Source: an uncultured archaeon
GTDB taxonomy: Archaea > Thermoproteota > Nitrososphaeria_A > Caldarchaeales > Wolframiiraptoraceae
Assembly (NCBI GenBank): GCA_938083505.1
Contig: CALKCF010000007.1
Location: 1 to 64,000 of the forward strand
DNA: 64,000 bases
Direction: 5' to 3'
The stretch's first letter is position 1, and each line of letters opens with the position of its first letter. Below the pieces are notes generated by a model, which did not search any database, was not told the origin of the DNA, and saw only the letters and a program-made list of their open reading frames with translations. This document shows positions 1-9,836 of this stretch, one piece after another. A program made the translations under genes and the position numbers.

Positions 1-46
1 TTATAAGAAATTTCTTCTTCGTAACTTCTTGTAAGCTTAACAAACC

Positions 47-691
47 TTAACACCGTTTCGCATTCTTTACAAATTCAAAAATCTTTTTTCTGTCCTTTAT
101 CCCAGGGCTAACTTCTATGCCAGACGATACATCGACGGCATAGGGTCTCACATTCTGTACAGCGTATGCTACGTTTTCAGGTGTTAGGCCACCGGCGAGT
201 ATCACAGGCTTGGGAGAAAGGTACTCAACGATCTTACTACTTATCTTCCAGTTATGGACCTTGCCTTGACCACCATATCCTCCGACAACCGAATCAAGTA
301 ATAAAGCGTCAAACTCATTTGCTAAGTTCTTCAAACTTTTAACATCAGAAACTTCATGGACATTAATCACCTTTATTAACTTAATATTTGACAACACATT
401 TCGTAATTTTTCAACATTTGAAAACTCGTTGCCGCATATCTGCAACGCAGAAGGTCTAAGCACATTGCAAACCTTAAGTAATTCGCTAAAATCTGACGTC
501 GCAGTTACTACTACGCTATCCACGAATATGGGCACATTCTTTATTAACTCCTTGGCCCTTTCGTATGTTAGATTTCTTGGTGATAACGGTGAGGCTACAA
601 CAAACCCTACGGCGTCTGCACCGGCATCTACAGCATCCGCTAAGTCTTGCTCGCGTGTTATGCCGCAGATTTTAACTCTTACACAAGTCAT
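47..691 (-). CDS. trpF: Phosphoribosylanthranilate isomerase
   Basis: N-terminal VKICGIT, ILAGGLTPENV and AVDVSSGIE motifs; last gene of the trp cluster. Confidence 0.96.
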   Translation of the reverse strand: MTCVRVKICGITREQDLADAVDAGADAVGFVVASPLSPRNLTYERAKELIKNVPIFVDSVVVTATSDFSELLKVCNVLRPSALQICGNEFSNVEKLRNVLSNIKLIKVINVHEVSDVKSLKNLANEFDALLLDSVVGGYGGQGKVHNWKISSKIVEYLSPKPVILAGGLTPENVAYAVQNVRPYAVDVSSGIEVSPGIKDRKKIFEFVKNAKRC

Positions 692-1466
692 AAACCATCA
701 CAAACCTTCTTACGCTACCTTCAATATCGCTCGATGTCATTATGTATGTCCCAACCAAGAAAGCGTCCGCGCCGAGGCTCTTCAGGAGAATGACTTGGGC
801 AGGGCTATTTATGCCACTCTCACATACGACCAGTTTATGTTTAACTTTTACATTCATAAGTATGTGTTCTGAAACACCAACGTCGACCTTTAACGTGTCT
901 AAATTACGGTTGTTTATCCCTAACATGTCTGCTTCTGTATTCATGCCAGAAAGAAATTCTTCTTCTGTGTGCGTTTCCAAAAGCACTTCAAGACCTAATG
1001 AGTGAGCCGTTTTTATCATATCATCTAAATCTTCATCACACATTCTCTGGTCGTAAACTTTTTTTATTAGAAGGACGGCGCTTGCTCCTAGCTTCGATGC
1101 CGCCTCAAGTTGTACGCTACTAACAATTATATCCTTCATAAGTATAGGTATACTGACGGTTTCTTTAACAAGTCTTAACTTCTCTAACGAACCATCGAAG
1201 AAGATATTCTCCGTCAAAACTGATATGCCTACGGCTCCACCGCGTTCCATAGCTTTAGCAATGTTTTTGACATCTCCATAAACGCGTCTTTCCATGGTCG
1301 GTGATGCCTGCTTCACTTCAGCTATTATGGGGACGGCCTTGCATGTGAGTATCGCCTCCTTCAAACTCGGAGTCTTCGAGGATGTTACCGAGGATGATAT
1401 GTTATAGTAACCGCTCTTCACACGGTTGATGGCATTTTCAACTAAGACTTTAAGGAAATTAACCAT
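672..1466 (-). CDS. trpC: Indole-3-glycerol phosphate synthase
   Basis: IIAEVKQASP, ISVLTE, PILMKD, GINNRNL, ESGI motifs. Confidence 0.96.
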   Translation of the reverse strand: MVNFLKVLVENAINRVKSGYYNISSSVTSSKTPSLKEAILTCKAVPIIAEVKQASPTMERRVYGDVKNIAKAMERGGAVGISVLTENIFFDGSLEKLRLVKETVSIPILMKDIIVSSVQLEAASKLGASAVLLIKKVYDQRMCDEDLDDMIKTAHSLGLEVLLETHTEEEFLSGMNTEADMLGINNRNLDTLKVDVGVSEHILMNVKVKHKLVVCESGINSPAQVILLKSLGADAFLVGTYIMTSSDIEGSVRRFVMVYDLCKS

Positions 1467-2508
1467 ACATTTCTTCCATCCTTTCGAGCTTAGATAGGTC
1501 GCCGCTGAGTTTTACCAACTCCTTCAGCTTTTTATATGCCATTCCGCTATCTAACGATTCCCTTGCCAACTCCATACCTTCAAGGAGGTTGTCCGTCAAC
1601 CCCCCTAATATTATGCCTAAAGTAGCATTAACTAGAACGGCGTCCTTTTTAGGACCGCCTTTACTGTTCAGAACCATGAAAGCCGTCTGTACTGCTTCCT
1701 CTTGCGTTTTAATTTCCAAGCCCTCCCGTTTGCATTGTTCCAAACCGAAATCTTTTGGTGTTACCTCAAACATCTTAATCTCACCATCCTTTAACCATGC
1801 AACCCTTGTCTTACCTATCGTTGACACTTCATCCAAACCATCAAGACCATGAACTATGAAGGCTTCTTCACGTCCTAGAGCCATCATAACGTATGCTAAC
1901 TTGCTTACCATTTTCTCATCATATACACCTAATAGCTGAGCGTTTACATTGGCCGGGTTCACAAGCGGTCCAAGAACGTTGAACATAGTCCTCACCCCTA
2001 TCTCCTTTCTTACTTGTTGAGCGTTCTTCATAGCAGGGTGGAAACACGGAGTATATATGAAACCTATGCCCACCTCTTCGATGGTCTTTTCGACCACTTT
2101 TGGTTCTTGTTCAAGCCTCAAGCCAAACATTTCAAGTAAATCGGCACTGCCGCACTTTCCAGAGACTGCCCTGTTTCCATGCTTTGCAACCTTTACACCC
2201 GCTCCAGCAACAACAAAGGCCGCAACCGTGCTTATGTTGAACGTTTTGATATTATCTCCGCCAGTTCCGCATATATCTATGAGTCTTCCGTTTATCTTGG
2301 GCTCTACCTTACGACAATATTCCTTCATAACTTTCGCAAAAGCAGTAAGCTCTATGATCGTCTCACCCTTCATCCTGAGAGCTGTCAAGAAACTTGCGAG
2401 CTGAGCATTAGTAACGTTACCATCCATTATACTCTTCATGGCAATCTCAGCTTCCTCATAACACAAATCGTAACCTTCAACGAGCTTCCTAAGTATTTCC
2501 ACAAACAT
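1459..2508 (-). CDS. trpD: Anthranilate phosphoribosyltransferase
   Basis: DICGTGGD, TFNIST, KHGNRAVS, GLDEVS motifs. Confidence 0.97.
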   Translation of the reverse strand: MFVEILRKLVEGYDLCYEEAEIAMKSIMDGNVTNAQLASFLTALRMKGETIIELTAFAKVMKEYCRKVEPKINGRLIDICGTGGDNIKTFNISTVAAFVVAGAGVKVAKHGNRAVSGKCGSADLLEMFGLRLEQEPKVVEKTIEEVGIGFIYTPCFHPAMKNAQQVRKEIGVRTMFNVLGPLVNPANVNAQLLGVYDEKMVSKLAYVMMALGREEAFIVHGLDGLDEVSTIGKTRVAWLKDGEIKMFEVTPKDFGLEQCKREGLEIKTQEEAVQTAFMVLNSKGGPKKDAVLVNATLGIILGGLTDNLLEGMELARESLDSGMAYKKLKELVKLSGDLSKLERMEEMYG

Positions 2509-2509
2509 T

Positions 2510-3091
2510 TTAAAACCCCTCCAAGAAATTTTTCAGAATTTTCTTACCATCCTCGCTCATGATGGACTCTGGATGGAATTGCACCCCCTCTATAGGGTAC
2601 TCTACATGACGGACACCCATGATTTCATAGTCATCGAGCGATTCAGCTGTAATCATAAGGCACGACGGTAAGGATTCTTTTTCTCCACAAAGGGAATGGT
2701 AACGGGCAACCCTTAGAGGATTTTTAACATTTCTGAATAACCCCCTACTATCATGCCTAATAAGGCTAGTCTTTCCGTGCATGAGTCTTTTTGCCCTTAT
2801 TATTTTACCGCCAAAGGCATGGATTATGCTTTGATGCCCTAAACAAACACCGAGCGTGGGTATCTTAGGCCCTAACTCCCTAATTATCTCGATGCACGAG
2901 CCGACGTACTTCGGATCCTGGGGGCGTCCAGGGCCTGGTGATAAAATTATCCTATCAGGCTTTAGCATTCTAGCATGCTCTAAAGTTATTTCATCATTCC
3001 TATACACAAGAGGTTCACCACCCAATTCGCCTACATACTGGACCAAGTTGTAAACGAAAGAATCGTAGTTATCTATGATAAGAATCCTCAT
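2510..3091 (-). CDS. trpG: Anthranilate synthase component II (glutamine amidotransferase)
   Basis: IDNYDSF, SPGPG, GVCLGHQ, QFHPES. Confidence 0.97.
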   Translation of the reverse strand: MRILIIDNYDSFVYNLVQYVGELGGEPLVYRNDEITLEHARMLKPDRIILSPGPGRPQDPKYVGSCIEIIRELGPKIPTLGVCLGHQSIIHAFGGKIIRAKRLMHGKTSLIRHDSRGLFRNVKNPLRVARYHSLCGEKESLPSCLMITAESLDDYEIMGVRHVEYPIEGVQFHPESIMSEDGKKILKNFLEGF

Positions 3092-4443
3092 TTTCCCTCA
3101 CCGCTGGAGACCTTTAACGCTTCTATGAGTGGGGCAAGCTTATGCTCAGTCTCTATCCATTCGTTTTCTGCTTTTGAATCTGCAACTATGCCTGCACCTG
3201 CTTGAATGAAGGCTTTACCGTCGTTAACAAACATCGTCCTGATGGTTATCGCGAAGTCGGAGTTGCCGTTAAATGAGACATAACCGACCGAGCCGGCATA
3301 TGGCCCCCTCCTCGTAGGCTCCAATTCTTCTATTATTTCCATCGCTCTTACTTTTGGTGCCCCTGTTACCGTGCCTGCTGGAAAAACGGCCCTAAGCGCA
3401 TCGTAGCAATCGTAGCCTTCTTTTAGTTCACCTATGACTCTTGAGACTATATGCATCACATGGCTATACTTATAGACACGCTTTAGCTCCGATACCCGCA
3501 CGCTACCGAACTTTGAAATCCTACCTAAGTCATTCCTCGCAAGGTCGACGAGCATCATGTGTTCTGAAAGTTCTTTCGGGTCACTAAGCAGATCCTTTCT
3601 TAGTATTCTATCATTCCCGCGCGGCCTTGTGCCAGCAATAGGCATTGTTTCGACGAAATTACCATGGACCTTAACGAGCGCCTCTGGACTAGAACCGACA
3701 AGATACTTCTTTCCCATTTTTAGTATGTACATATAAGGAGAAGGATTGAGCCCACGTAACGCCGAATAGAATACAGCAACGTTACCTTCGACATCAAACT
3801 TGTACCTTTTTGATAAGACAACCTGAAACACATCACCAGTAGCTATGTATTCCTTAGCTGTTTCTACCATGGATATGAACTCCTCTTTTTTGATGTTTGG
3901 TCTAAGCTCTGTATGCAGTAGGTGCTGTTGGACGCATCTCTTCCTGAGTAGGTGTGCAATTTCATCAAACCTGTCCTCTTTAAGGTAATAATAACGTACC
4001 CTTCCATCCTTTCTATCGAATAGCAACCAGTCGTAATATACTCCGAACTCCATGTCTGGAAATCCATACTCGTCGGTAGTTTTCTGAGGCAACTTTTCCA
4101 AGTACCTGACCAGATCATACGATATGTAACCAACGACGCCCCCAGCAAAATTTAGCTCCGTAAGGTCATGACGTGGTGGGCCAACTACCCCCCTTAAGAT
4201 TTGCAAGGGTTCTGACGTTCTTTTGCGTAGTTTACCATCGGACGACTTAATGACGTACTCACTATCTTTAATCATGACGGTCTTTAGAGGGGCAAAACCT
4301 ACTAAGCACTGCTGGGCAATTCTATGCTTTGAGTTTGCAAATTCTATAAGGTATGCGTATTCATAGTACTCGCTTAAGTTTATGAAAACTTCAATGGATG
4401 ATAGATCAGTGTATACGTCTTTAAACTTCGGGCAATCATGCAT
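3088..4443 (-). CDS. trpE: Anthranilate synthase component I
   Basis: [53 protein letters not shown]. Confidence 0.96.
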   Translation of the reverse strand: MHDCPKFKDVYTDLSSIEVFINLSEYYEYAYLIEFANSKHRIAQQCLVGFAPLKTVMIKDSEYVIKSSDGKLRKRTSEPLQILRGVVGPPRHDLTELNFAGGVVGYISYDLVRYLEKLPQKTTDEYGFPDMEFGVYYDWLLFDRKDGRVRYYYLKEDRFDEIAHLLRKRCVQQHLLHTELRPNIKKEEFISMVETAKEYIATGDVFQVVLSKRYKFDVEGNVAVFYSALRGLNPSPYMYILKMGKKYLVGSSPEALVKVHGNFVETMPIAGTRPRGNDRILRKDLLSDPKELSEHMMLVDLARNDLGRISKFGSVRVSELKRVYKYSHVMHIVSRVIGELKEGYDCYDALRAVFPAGTVTGAPKVRAMEIIEELEPTRRGPYAGSVGYVSFNGNSDFAITIRTMFVNDGKAFIQAGAGIVADSKAENEWIETEHKLAPLIEALKVSSGEGK

Positions 4444-4667
4444 TTGATTGATGCCAAAGACACATGCCCCACAACCTTGACGTAGTTACAAAAGTCAATC
4501 GTATTTAATAATTAGTGCGCAAAGGTGTTCAACATAAACCGAAAATAATTTCTCAGAAAAAGCTTTCTAACTTGAAAGAAAACCAAGCCTTCTTTTTGAG
4601 TGCACAGATTTGTTCATTTAAAAGCGACTTTATAGTTATACTTACATATTGCTCGTGGAGGTTATCC

Positions 4668-5654
4668 ATGCATATGGGAAGGCAGGATATCGTAACGGTA
4701 CATGTGCCCTCAAGCTCAGCAAACCTCGGGCCGGGTTTCGACGTACTTTCCATAGCACTCAAAGAACCGTACCTAAGAGTAAGTTTGTCACTTAGTTGTG
4801 GTGATGGTGTCAAGCTCGTACTCAAAGGCAAGTATGGAGGGGCACTTCACACAAATCCAGAAACTCACTCTGGCTGTAAGGCGTTAAGAGCACTCATAAA
4901 TAACTATGGTATTAATGAAGGGTTTGAGATGACAGTATATGTTGACATACCACCAAAAAAAGGCCTCGGACTTTCTGGTGCAGAGGCCACCGGTGCTGTG
5001 GTTGCGGCGAACGAACTGCTATCTTTGGGGCTATCAAAAGATGAGCTGGTCCATTATGCATCACATGGTGAGCCAGAAGGACATTTGGACAACGTGTCTG
5101 CTTCAGTATATGGAGGCTTTAACATTGTTGTGAGAGATTACATCAGCGGAATGCCGCGCGTTTATAATTTCAGACCACCGCCAGACCTAGGCGTAGTAGT
5201 TATAGTTCCGAATGTCGAGAAAAAATCTACGGAAAATGCAAGAAAGGCTGTTCCCATGTTCGTCCAAAAGAGCGATATGGTCGAGAACGTTTCCAGAGTC
5301 GCTGCTGTGTCTGTAGGTTTCGTCACAGGCGATGTAAATTGTATTTTGAGAAATATAGCATGGGATGTCATCGTCGAGAAGGCTAGGGCCAATTCTCAGA
5401 TATACGGAAATGGTGTGGACTGGCGATTCTTAGAAGAAGAGAAGCTCTATCTATTCAAAAAATATGGCATCGCCGAGACGATAAGCGGTGCTGGGCCATC
5501 AAGGATTTTATGGTACAGCAGATCACAACAATCTCAGGTAATAGACGAGGCCTTAGGCTACGTTTTAGACCGTATAAAAGAGCTCGGGTATGACGTGGAA
5601 GAGATTTTTAAGACATACCCTTCTGAAATTGGCGCGTATAAACTATTGAAATGA
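4668..5654 (+). CDS. thrB: Homoserine kinase (GHMP family)
   Basis: PSSSANLGPGFD, GLGLSGA, HLDNV, ISGAGPS; start moved from 4515 to ATG 4668 (or 4674), which follows GGAGGT. Confidence 0.9.
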   Translation: MHMGRQDIVTVHVPSSSANLGPGFDVLSIALKEPYLRVSLSLSCGDGVKLVLKGKYGGALHTNPETHSGCKALRALINNYGINEGFEMTVYVDIPPKKGLGLSGAEATGAVVAANELLSLGLSKDELVHYASHGEPEGHLDNVSASVYGGFNIVVRDYISGMPRVYNFRPPPDLGVVVIVPNVEKKSTENARKAVPMFVQKSDMVENVSRVAAVSVGFVTGDVNCILRNIAWDVIVEKARANSQIYGNGVDWRFLEEEKLYLFKKYGIAETISGAGPSRILWYSRSQQSQVIDEALGYVLDRIKELGYDVEEIFKTYPSEIGAYKLLK

Positions 5655-5685
5655 TTTATTAATGGGTGTTTCATGTGAAATTGTC

Positions 5686-6102
5686 ATGAAAGACGAAGAG
5701 TTGGAAAAAATAAAACAACGTAAACTTGCTGAGCTTATGAAAAGGGTATCAAAAATAGGGGGCAGCCCTACAGCGTATGCATCTTCTGAGCTCGTCACGC
5801 TCACCGATGAAAATTTTGATAGCTTTATTTCTAGCAATAAGCTCGCCGTCGTAGACTTTTGGGCAGAATGGTGTGCACCTTGCAGGATGCTCGCACCACT
5901 CTTTAAAGAACTCGCGAAAGAATATGCTGGAAAGATAGCCTTTGGAAAGCTTAACGTAGATGAGAATCCGACAACTGCCGCGAAATTCGGGATAATGAGT
6001 ATACCGACCCTGATAATTTTTAAAAATGGGCAGCCGGTGGACATGATAATTGGTGCGACACCGAAAAGGCAGATAGAAGTGAGGTTAAATAGGTACATTT
6101 AA
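5686..6102 (+). CDS. trxA: Thioredoxin with N-terminal DEELEKIKQRKL extension
   Basis: DFWAEWCAPC active site and SIPTL; start chosen at ATG 5686 (track start 5662). Confidence 0.93.
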   Translation: MKDEELEKIKQRKLAELMKRVSKIGGSPTAYASSELVTLTDENFDSFISSNKLAVVDFWAEWCAPCRMLAPLFKELAKEYAGKIAFGKLNVDENPTTAAKFGIMSIPTLIIFKNGQPVDMIIGATPKRQIEVRLNRYI

Positions 6103-6198
6103 AATAATGTCCCGAAGAAGTAACCATCAGAAAATACGCTTTAATAGGTAGTTTGTGTTATATGCTGATTAGAACAGAAGAAGGCTGGTCGCAAAAAT

Positions 6199-7128
6199 TT
6201 GACCCACTTGATATGGGCTGATTTACTTGAGTACGTGGAAGCAGCGAAGGCAGAAATAGACAGGAAGCTCTTAGAGAGGATTAATAACAGGAGCGACAGG
6301 ATAATTATAAAAAACGCATTAGCCGGTGGGAAAAGATTAAGACCTGTGTTGCTTCTACTTGCTTACGATGCCCTTGGGGGTAAAGATAGGGACGTAGCAC
6401 TCGATGTTGCTTGTGCCTTAGAACTCGCGCATAGCGCGAGTTTGATCCATGATGACATAATTGATGGTGATATAGAGAGAAGGGGTAAGCCAGCACTTTG
6501 GAGACAGATAGGTGTGGCAAATGCGATAATACAAGGACATAGGATTATCAATCTTGCGTTTCAGACAGTACTCGACAAGGGAGTTGAGCTTGCCAAGATA
6601 TTCCTTAAAGCATGGAACGATGCTTCCAGCGGTGTTTTAGAAGAGATATTTTCAGGAGAGCCGTTCTCAAAAAAGCTTTATACAAAAATAGTTAAAGAGA
6701 AGACAGCCTCACTCTTCGCGGCGGCAGCCGAAAGCGCTGCAGTGCTCGCCCGTTCTAATGAGAAAGTAATAGAACTGATGAAAGAATATGGTGAGATGGT
6801 TGGTATGGCATATCAGCTTACAGACGATTATGTTGAAATAATAAGGGGCAAAAGACGTGCGAATCTCCCCATATTTATTCTCAGACAATTCGAAGAGATT
6901 ATAAAGCAACTTTATTTAGCAACGAAGACTGGTAATCTTCGTGCTCTTTTACCAAGGGTCATATTTGAGGCAAAAAGGAACGACATGTTCTTAAAAGATA
7001 TCAGGGATTACATAATGAGGGCAAAAGAAATAGCATACAATCCAGCGATACCCGATTCTCGCTATAAGGTTATGCTGGCAGAGTTTCCGAGATATTGTGT
7101 CGATTCCATGTTAAATGAGTTAAGATAA
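6199..7128 (+). CDS. trans-Polyprenyl diphosphate synthase (probably medium/long chain)
   Basis: GGKRLRP, first Asp-rich motif SLIHDDIID..RRG, KT motif, second motif QLTDDYVE. Confidence 0.88.
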   Translation: MTHLIWADLLEYVEAAKAEIDRKLLERINNRSDRIIIKNALAGGKRLRPVLLLLAYDALGGKDRDVALDVACALELAHSASLIHDDIIDGDIERRGKPALWRQIGVANAIIQGHRIINLAFQTVLDKGVELAKIFLKAWNDASSGVLEEIFSGEPFSKKLYTKIVKEKTASLFAAAAESAAVLARSNEKVIELMKEYGEMVGMAYQLTDDYVEIIRGKRRANLPIFILRQFEEIIKQLYLATKTGNLRALLPRVIFEAKRNDMFLKDIRDYIMRAKEIAYNPAIPDSRYKVMLAEFPRYCVDSMLNELR

Positions 7129-7130
7129 CT

Positions 7131-7580
7131 TTATTCTCTCTTTAAAAATCTCTTTTCCATCTCTTCTAGCTTTCTTATATTCTCCTCCTCAGAAGGATCG
7201 AAGGTTGTTGAAAACCATGCATCTAGTATTTCTTTTGCCTTTTCCTCCGTTGTCTCGGAAAGGCTCATCACCAAAATATTGGGCTTGTTCCACTTCCTTG
7301 CACCCTTGGCAATTTCACCACTACTACATAGGGCTGCTCTTATACCTGGAACCTTATTAGCTGCTATTGTCACGCCGGTACCAGTCCAACAGAACAGCAC
7401 CCCTTCGTCTACTTCTCCCTTTAGGATACTTTCGGCAACTTCAACGGCAACATCCGGCCATGGGGCTACATCTCTAGCAAGGGCACCACAAAGCTTGACA
7501 ACGTGTCCCCTCTTCTTCAATTCTTCAACGACAAAGTCTGTCAACCTAGTTCTCTCATCACTTCCTACAGCTATCCTCAT
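7131..7580 (-). CDS. rpiB: Ribose-5-phosphate isomerase B family
   Basis: RIAVGSD, CWTGTG, ANKVPGIRAALC. Confidence 0.9.
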   Translation of the reverse strand: MRIAVGSDERTRLTDFVVEELKKRGHVVKLCGALARDVAPWPDVAVEVAESILKGEVDEGVLFCWTGTGVTIAANKVPGIRAALCSSGEIAKGARKWNKPNILVMSLSETTEEKAKEILDAWFSTTFDPSEEENIRKLEEMEKRFLKRE

Positions 7581-7625
7581 ATTACATTCAAAAATCTAGT
7601 AGGCCGAAGCCATATTTAACAATTT

Positions 7626-7955
7626 TTAATTTAATTTTTTAACTAGTGCCTTTAGCGTGCCCGAGACCTTTTTAACATCCAAAGCTACACGTTCCCCCTC
7701 GATGTTGTTAACTAGAGCTATGGCCGCTACGAGTGTTCTAACTTGCTTTAAGTTGCACCTTATAACGAGCCCGTCCAAATCCTTTTGAATCTTGACCAAA
7801 TATGGGTTAACATCCGCATAGCCCAATGTACCGACAAGGTATTGAAGATTCGATATTATGGCCTTCCATATTTCAGATTTATCAAACTTAACATCTCTCG
7901 GAAAGCACCTCACGAAAACGTATCGATACTTAGCCCTAAACAAGCCATACACCAT
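7626..7955 (-). CDS. rnp2: Ribonuclease P protein component 2 (Pop5/Rpp14)
   Basis: KYRY N-terminus, VIRC, C-terminal VSGTLKAL; adjacent to Rpp30. Confidence 0.85.
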   Translation of the reverse strand: MVYGLFRAKYRYVFVRCFPRDVKFDKSEIWKAIISNLQYLVGTLGYADVNPYLVKIQKDLDGLVIRCNLKQVRTLVAAIALVNNIEGERVALDVKKVSGTLKALVKKLN

Positions 7956-8610
7956 CCTGTACCATCTTGCCAGTTAACTTAGCCCTGTTTCTAAGCAGTA
8001 TGTTTGATGGTATGGTCGAGAGTGCGTCAAGTGAGCACTCGAAGTTGAGACCAAGCACGTTGAGGATACATGAAGTCTCAAAAGGCCCCCTTTGCTCCAC
8101 GGGACTTGAGGCGCAGGAAGAAAAAATAATACTCAGATTTTTCGTAGCGATTAACCGTACAATACCCCTCATCTTCTGGAGCACGACTCTATCAGAAATT
8201 ACATCTACCAACGCAAGTTCTATGGGGTTTCGCATTACTGATAACATGTGTCTGTCGAAATTCATAAAACCATTTGGCCTAAATGCAACGGTATCAATTC
8301 TTCCATCCCTTAAGGCCACTAAGGCCGCAGATCTTGTTAAACAAGACACTGTCAATACATCATAAGAGTGTCTGAACTTGGCTGCCGCTTTAAGTATATC
8401 ACTCCTAGACTTAGCGGATACTACTACTTTACTGTAAAGCTCTAAACCGTATTCTTTGGTACTGCTCTTTAATTCTTCGAGCATATTTTTTGATGTCTCG
8501 ACGACGAGTGCCGAGTATCCTAAATCAGACGCCCTCTTACACATCTCCATTGCAACTTTGAGATCTGGAGGCCTTATCCAAAAGTCTATGAAATTCCTCT
8601 TACCCATCAC
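7936..8610 (-). CDS. rnp3: Ribonuclease P protein component 3 (Rpp30)
   Basis: PHP-like TIM-barrel pattern, ASDLGYS, FSSCASSPVEQRGP; context with Pop5 and DUF54. Confidence 0.8.
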   Translation of the reverse strand: MMGKRNFIDFWIRPPDLKVAMEMCKRASDLGYSALVVETSKNMLEELKSSTKEYGLELYSKVVVSAKSRSDILKAAAKFRHSYDVLTVSCLTRSAALVALRDGRIDTVAFRPNGFMNFDRHMLSVMRNPIELALVDVISDRVVLQKMRGIVRLIATKNLSIIFSSCASSPVEQRGPFETSCILNVLGLNFECSLDALSTIPSNILLRNRAKLTGKMVQDGVWLV

Positions 8611-9023
8611 TCTACACCCATCTCATGCTTCAAGTTTTCTAAACTTCCAGCTATCCTGAACTCTAACTTTATGGCATCCTTATCTGAAAGCTTCAGGCTT
8701 CCGAGGTATGCACTTTGTTTATCAAGCCTTACGTAAAGTATACCTTCCTGCCCTTTCTCTTCGAAGGCTTCAGAAACCAAAATGGACTTCTCGAAAACAC
8801 TCAAACACTTCTTTAACTTCTCCAACACAGCTTTGACCTTATCCCCATCAGTTAGCTCTAAAGTTAGGAGGACTATGGGGTCCCCATAATGACCGCTCAG
8901 CCGCTCCTTCTTAAGCTTCCCCTTTTCTATACTGCCCAAAACGTTCTCGAGAGCCTTTAGTACCTTCTTTTCGTCCTCAGTGGCATGACATATGACTCTG
9001 GCAGTTACACCTATAACCCTCAT
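8607..9023 (-). CDS. Predicted exosome-associated RNA-binding protein (DUF54/UPF0201-like)
   Basis: HATEDEKKV, GHYGDPI, LYVRLDKQ motifs. Confidence 0.88.
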   Translation of the reverse strand: MRVIGVTARVICHATEDEKKVLKALENVLGSIEKGKLKKERLSGHYGDPIVLLTLELTDGDKVKAVLEKLKKCLSVFEKSILVSEAFEEKGQEGILYVRLDKQSAYLGSLKLSDKDAIKLEFRIAGSLENLKHEMGVE

Positions 9024-9105
9024 AACCAGACCATGTGGGAGTAAAGGCTACTGATAAGCTTATTAAATGGAATCAGCACCAGACCTACAAACGGTTGAGT
9101 ACGGC

Positions 9106-9576
9106 ATGACAGGACTGTACGCGCATCTTTCAAAAATTTGGAGAGAAAAGCCGGAGGAGCTAAAGCAACTCATGAGGAAGAGGCTTATAGAGTGGCGTAA
9201 GCAGCCCGCGGTCGTAAGGGTTGATAAACCTTTGAGAATTGACAGGGCAAGAAGCCTTGGTTATAGAGATAAACAAGGTTATGTGATCTTAAGGGTGAGG
9301 GTAAGGAGGGGTGGTTTCGCAAAACCGAGGCCAAGGTCTGGCAGAAGGCCTAAGGCTATCGGTGTCGTAAAACATAAGGTAAACGTGTCCATGAAAGAAG
9401 AGGCCATAAACAGGGCCAAGAAGAAATATCCGAACCTGTACCCGCTCGGAGCTTACTGGTTAGCGAGCGACAGCCTCTACAAATGGTATGAAGTTATAAT
9501 GGTTGACCCCTACCACCCATCGGTCATATCCGATAGAAACTTATCCCTACCAGCTAAGGTTAGACAAGAGCGTTAA
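9106..9576 (+). CDS. rpl15e: 50S ribosomal protein L15e
   Basis: RLIEWRKQPAVVRVDKPLRIDRARSLGY, RVRVRRGG, KWYEVIMVDP; start at ATG 9106 preferred over 9067. Confidence 0.97.
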   Translation: MTGLYAHLSKIWREKPEELKQLMRKRLIEWRKQPAVVRVDKPLRIDRARSLGYRDKQGYVILRVRVRRGGFAKPRPRSGRRPKAIGVVKHKVNVSMKEEAINRAKKKYPNLYPLGAYWLASDSLYKWYEVIMVDPYHPSVISDRNLSLPAKVRQER

Positions 9577-9836
9577 TTATTTAGGGCCGATAATGTTTGC
9601 GAGCAAGTTATAAGGTATAGTTTGCTAATAGAGCCGTAGGCAGAGCACCCAAGCGTGTAAAGATAACAATTTTGCAGGAACAGAATGGTTGCTTAACTTA
9701 AATTAACTACTTTAGAAAAAAGAAGAATAAGTAGGGCAGCAAATTACGCAAAGATGAGGACATTAAGCTTGGCGTCATATAAGGCTTTTATAACATCGGC
9801 TGAATTTTACTTATAATATAGGAGCCGGATGCGGCT

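Noticed and set aside
4515-4667. N-terminal extension of thrB in the ORF track
   Set aside because: It spans the promoter region; the SD and the family-like sequence begin at 4668/4674.
9754-9803. Possible C/D box sRNA (ATGAGGA...CTGA, about 50 nt apart)
   Set aside because: The C box is imperfect and there are no recognisable D' or C' boxes; the region also contains the likely TATA of the downstream gene.
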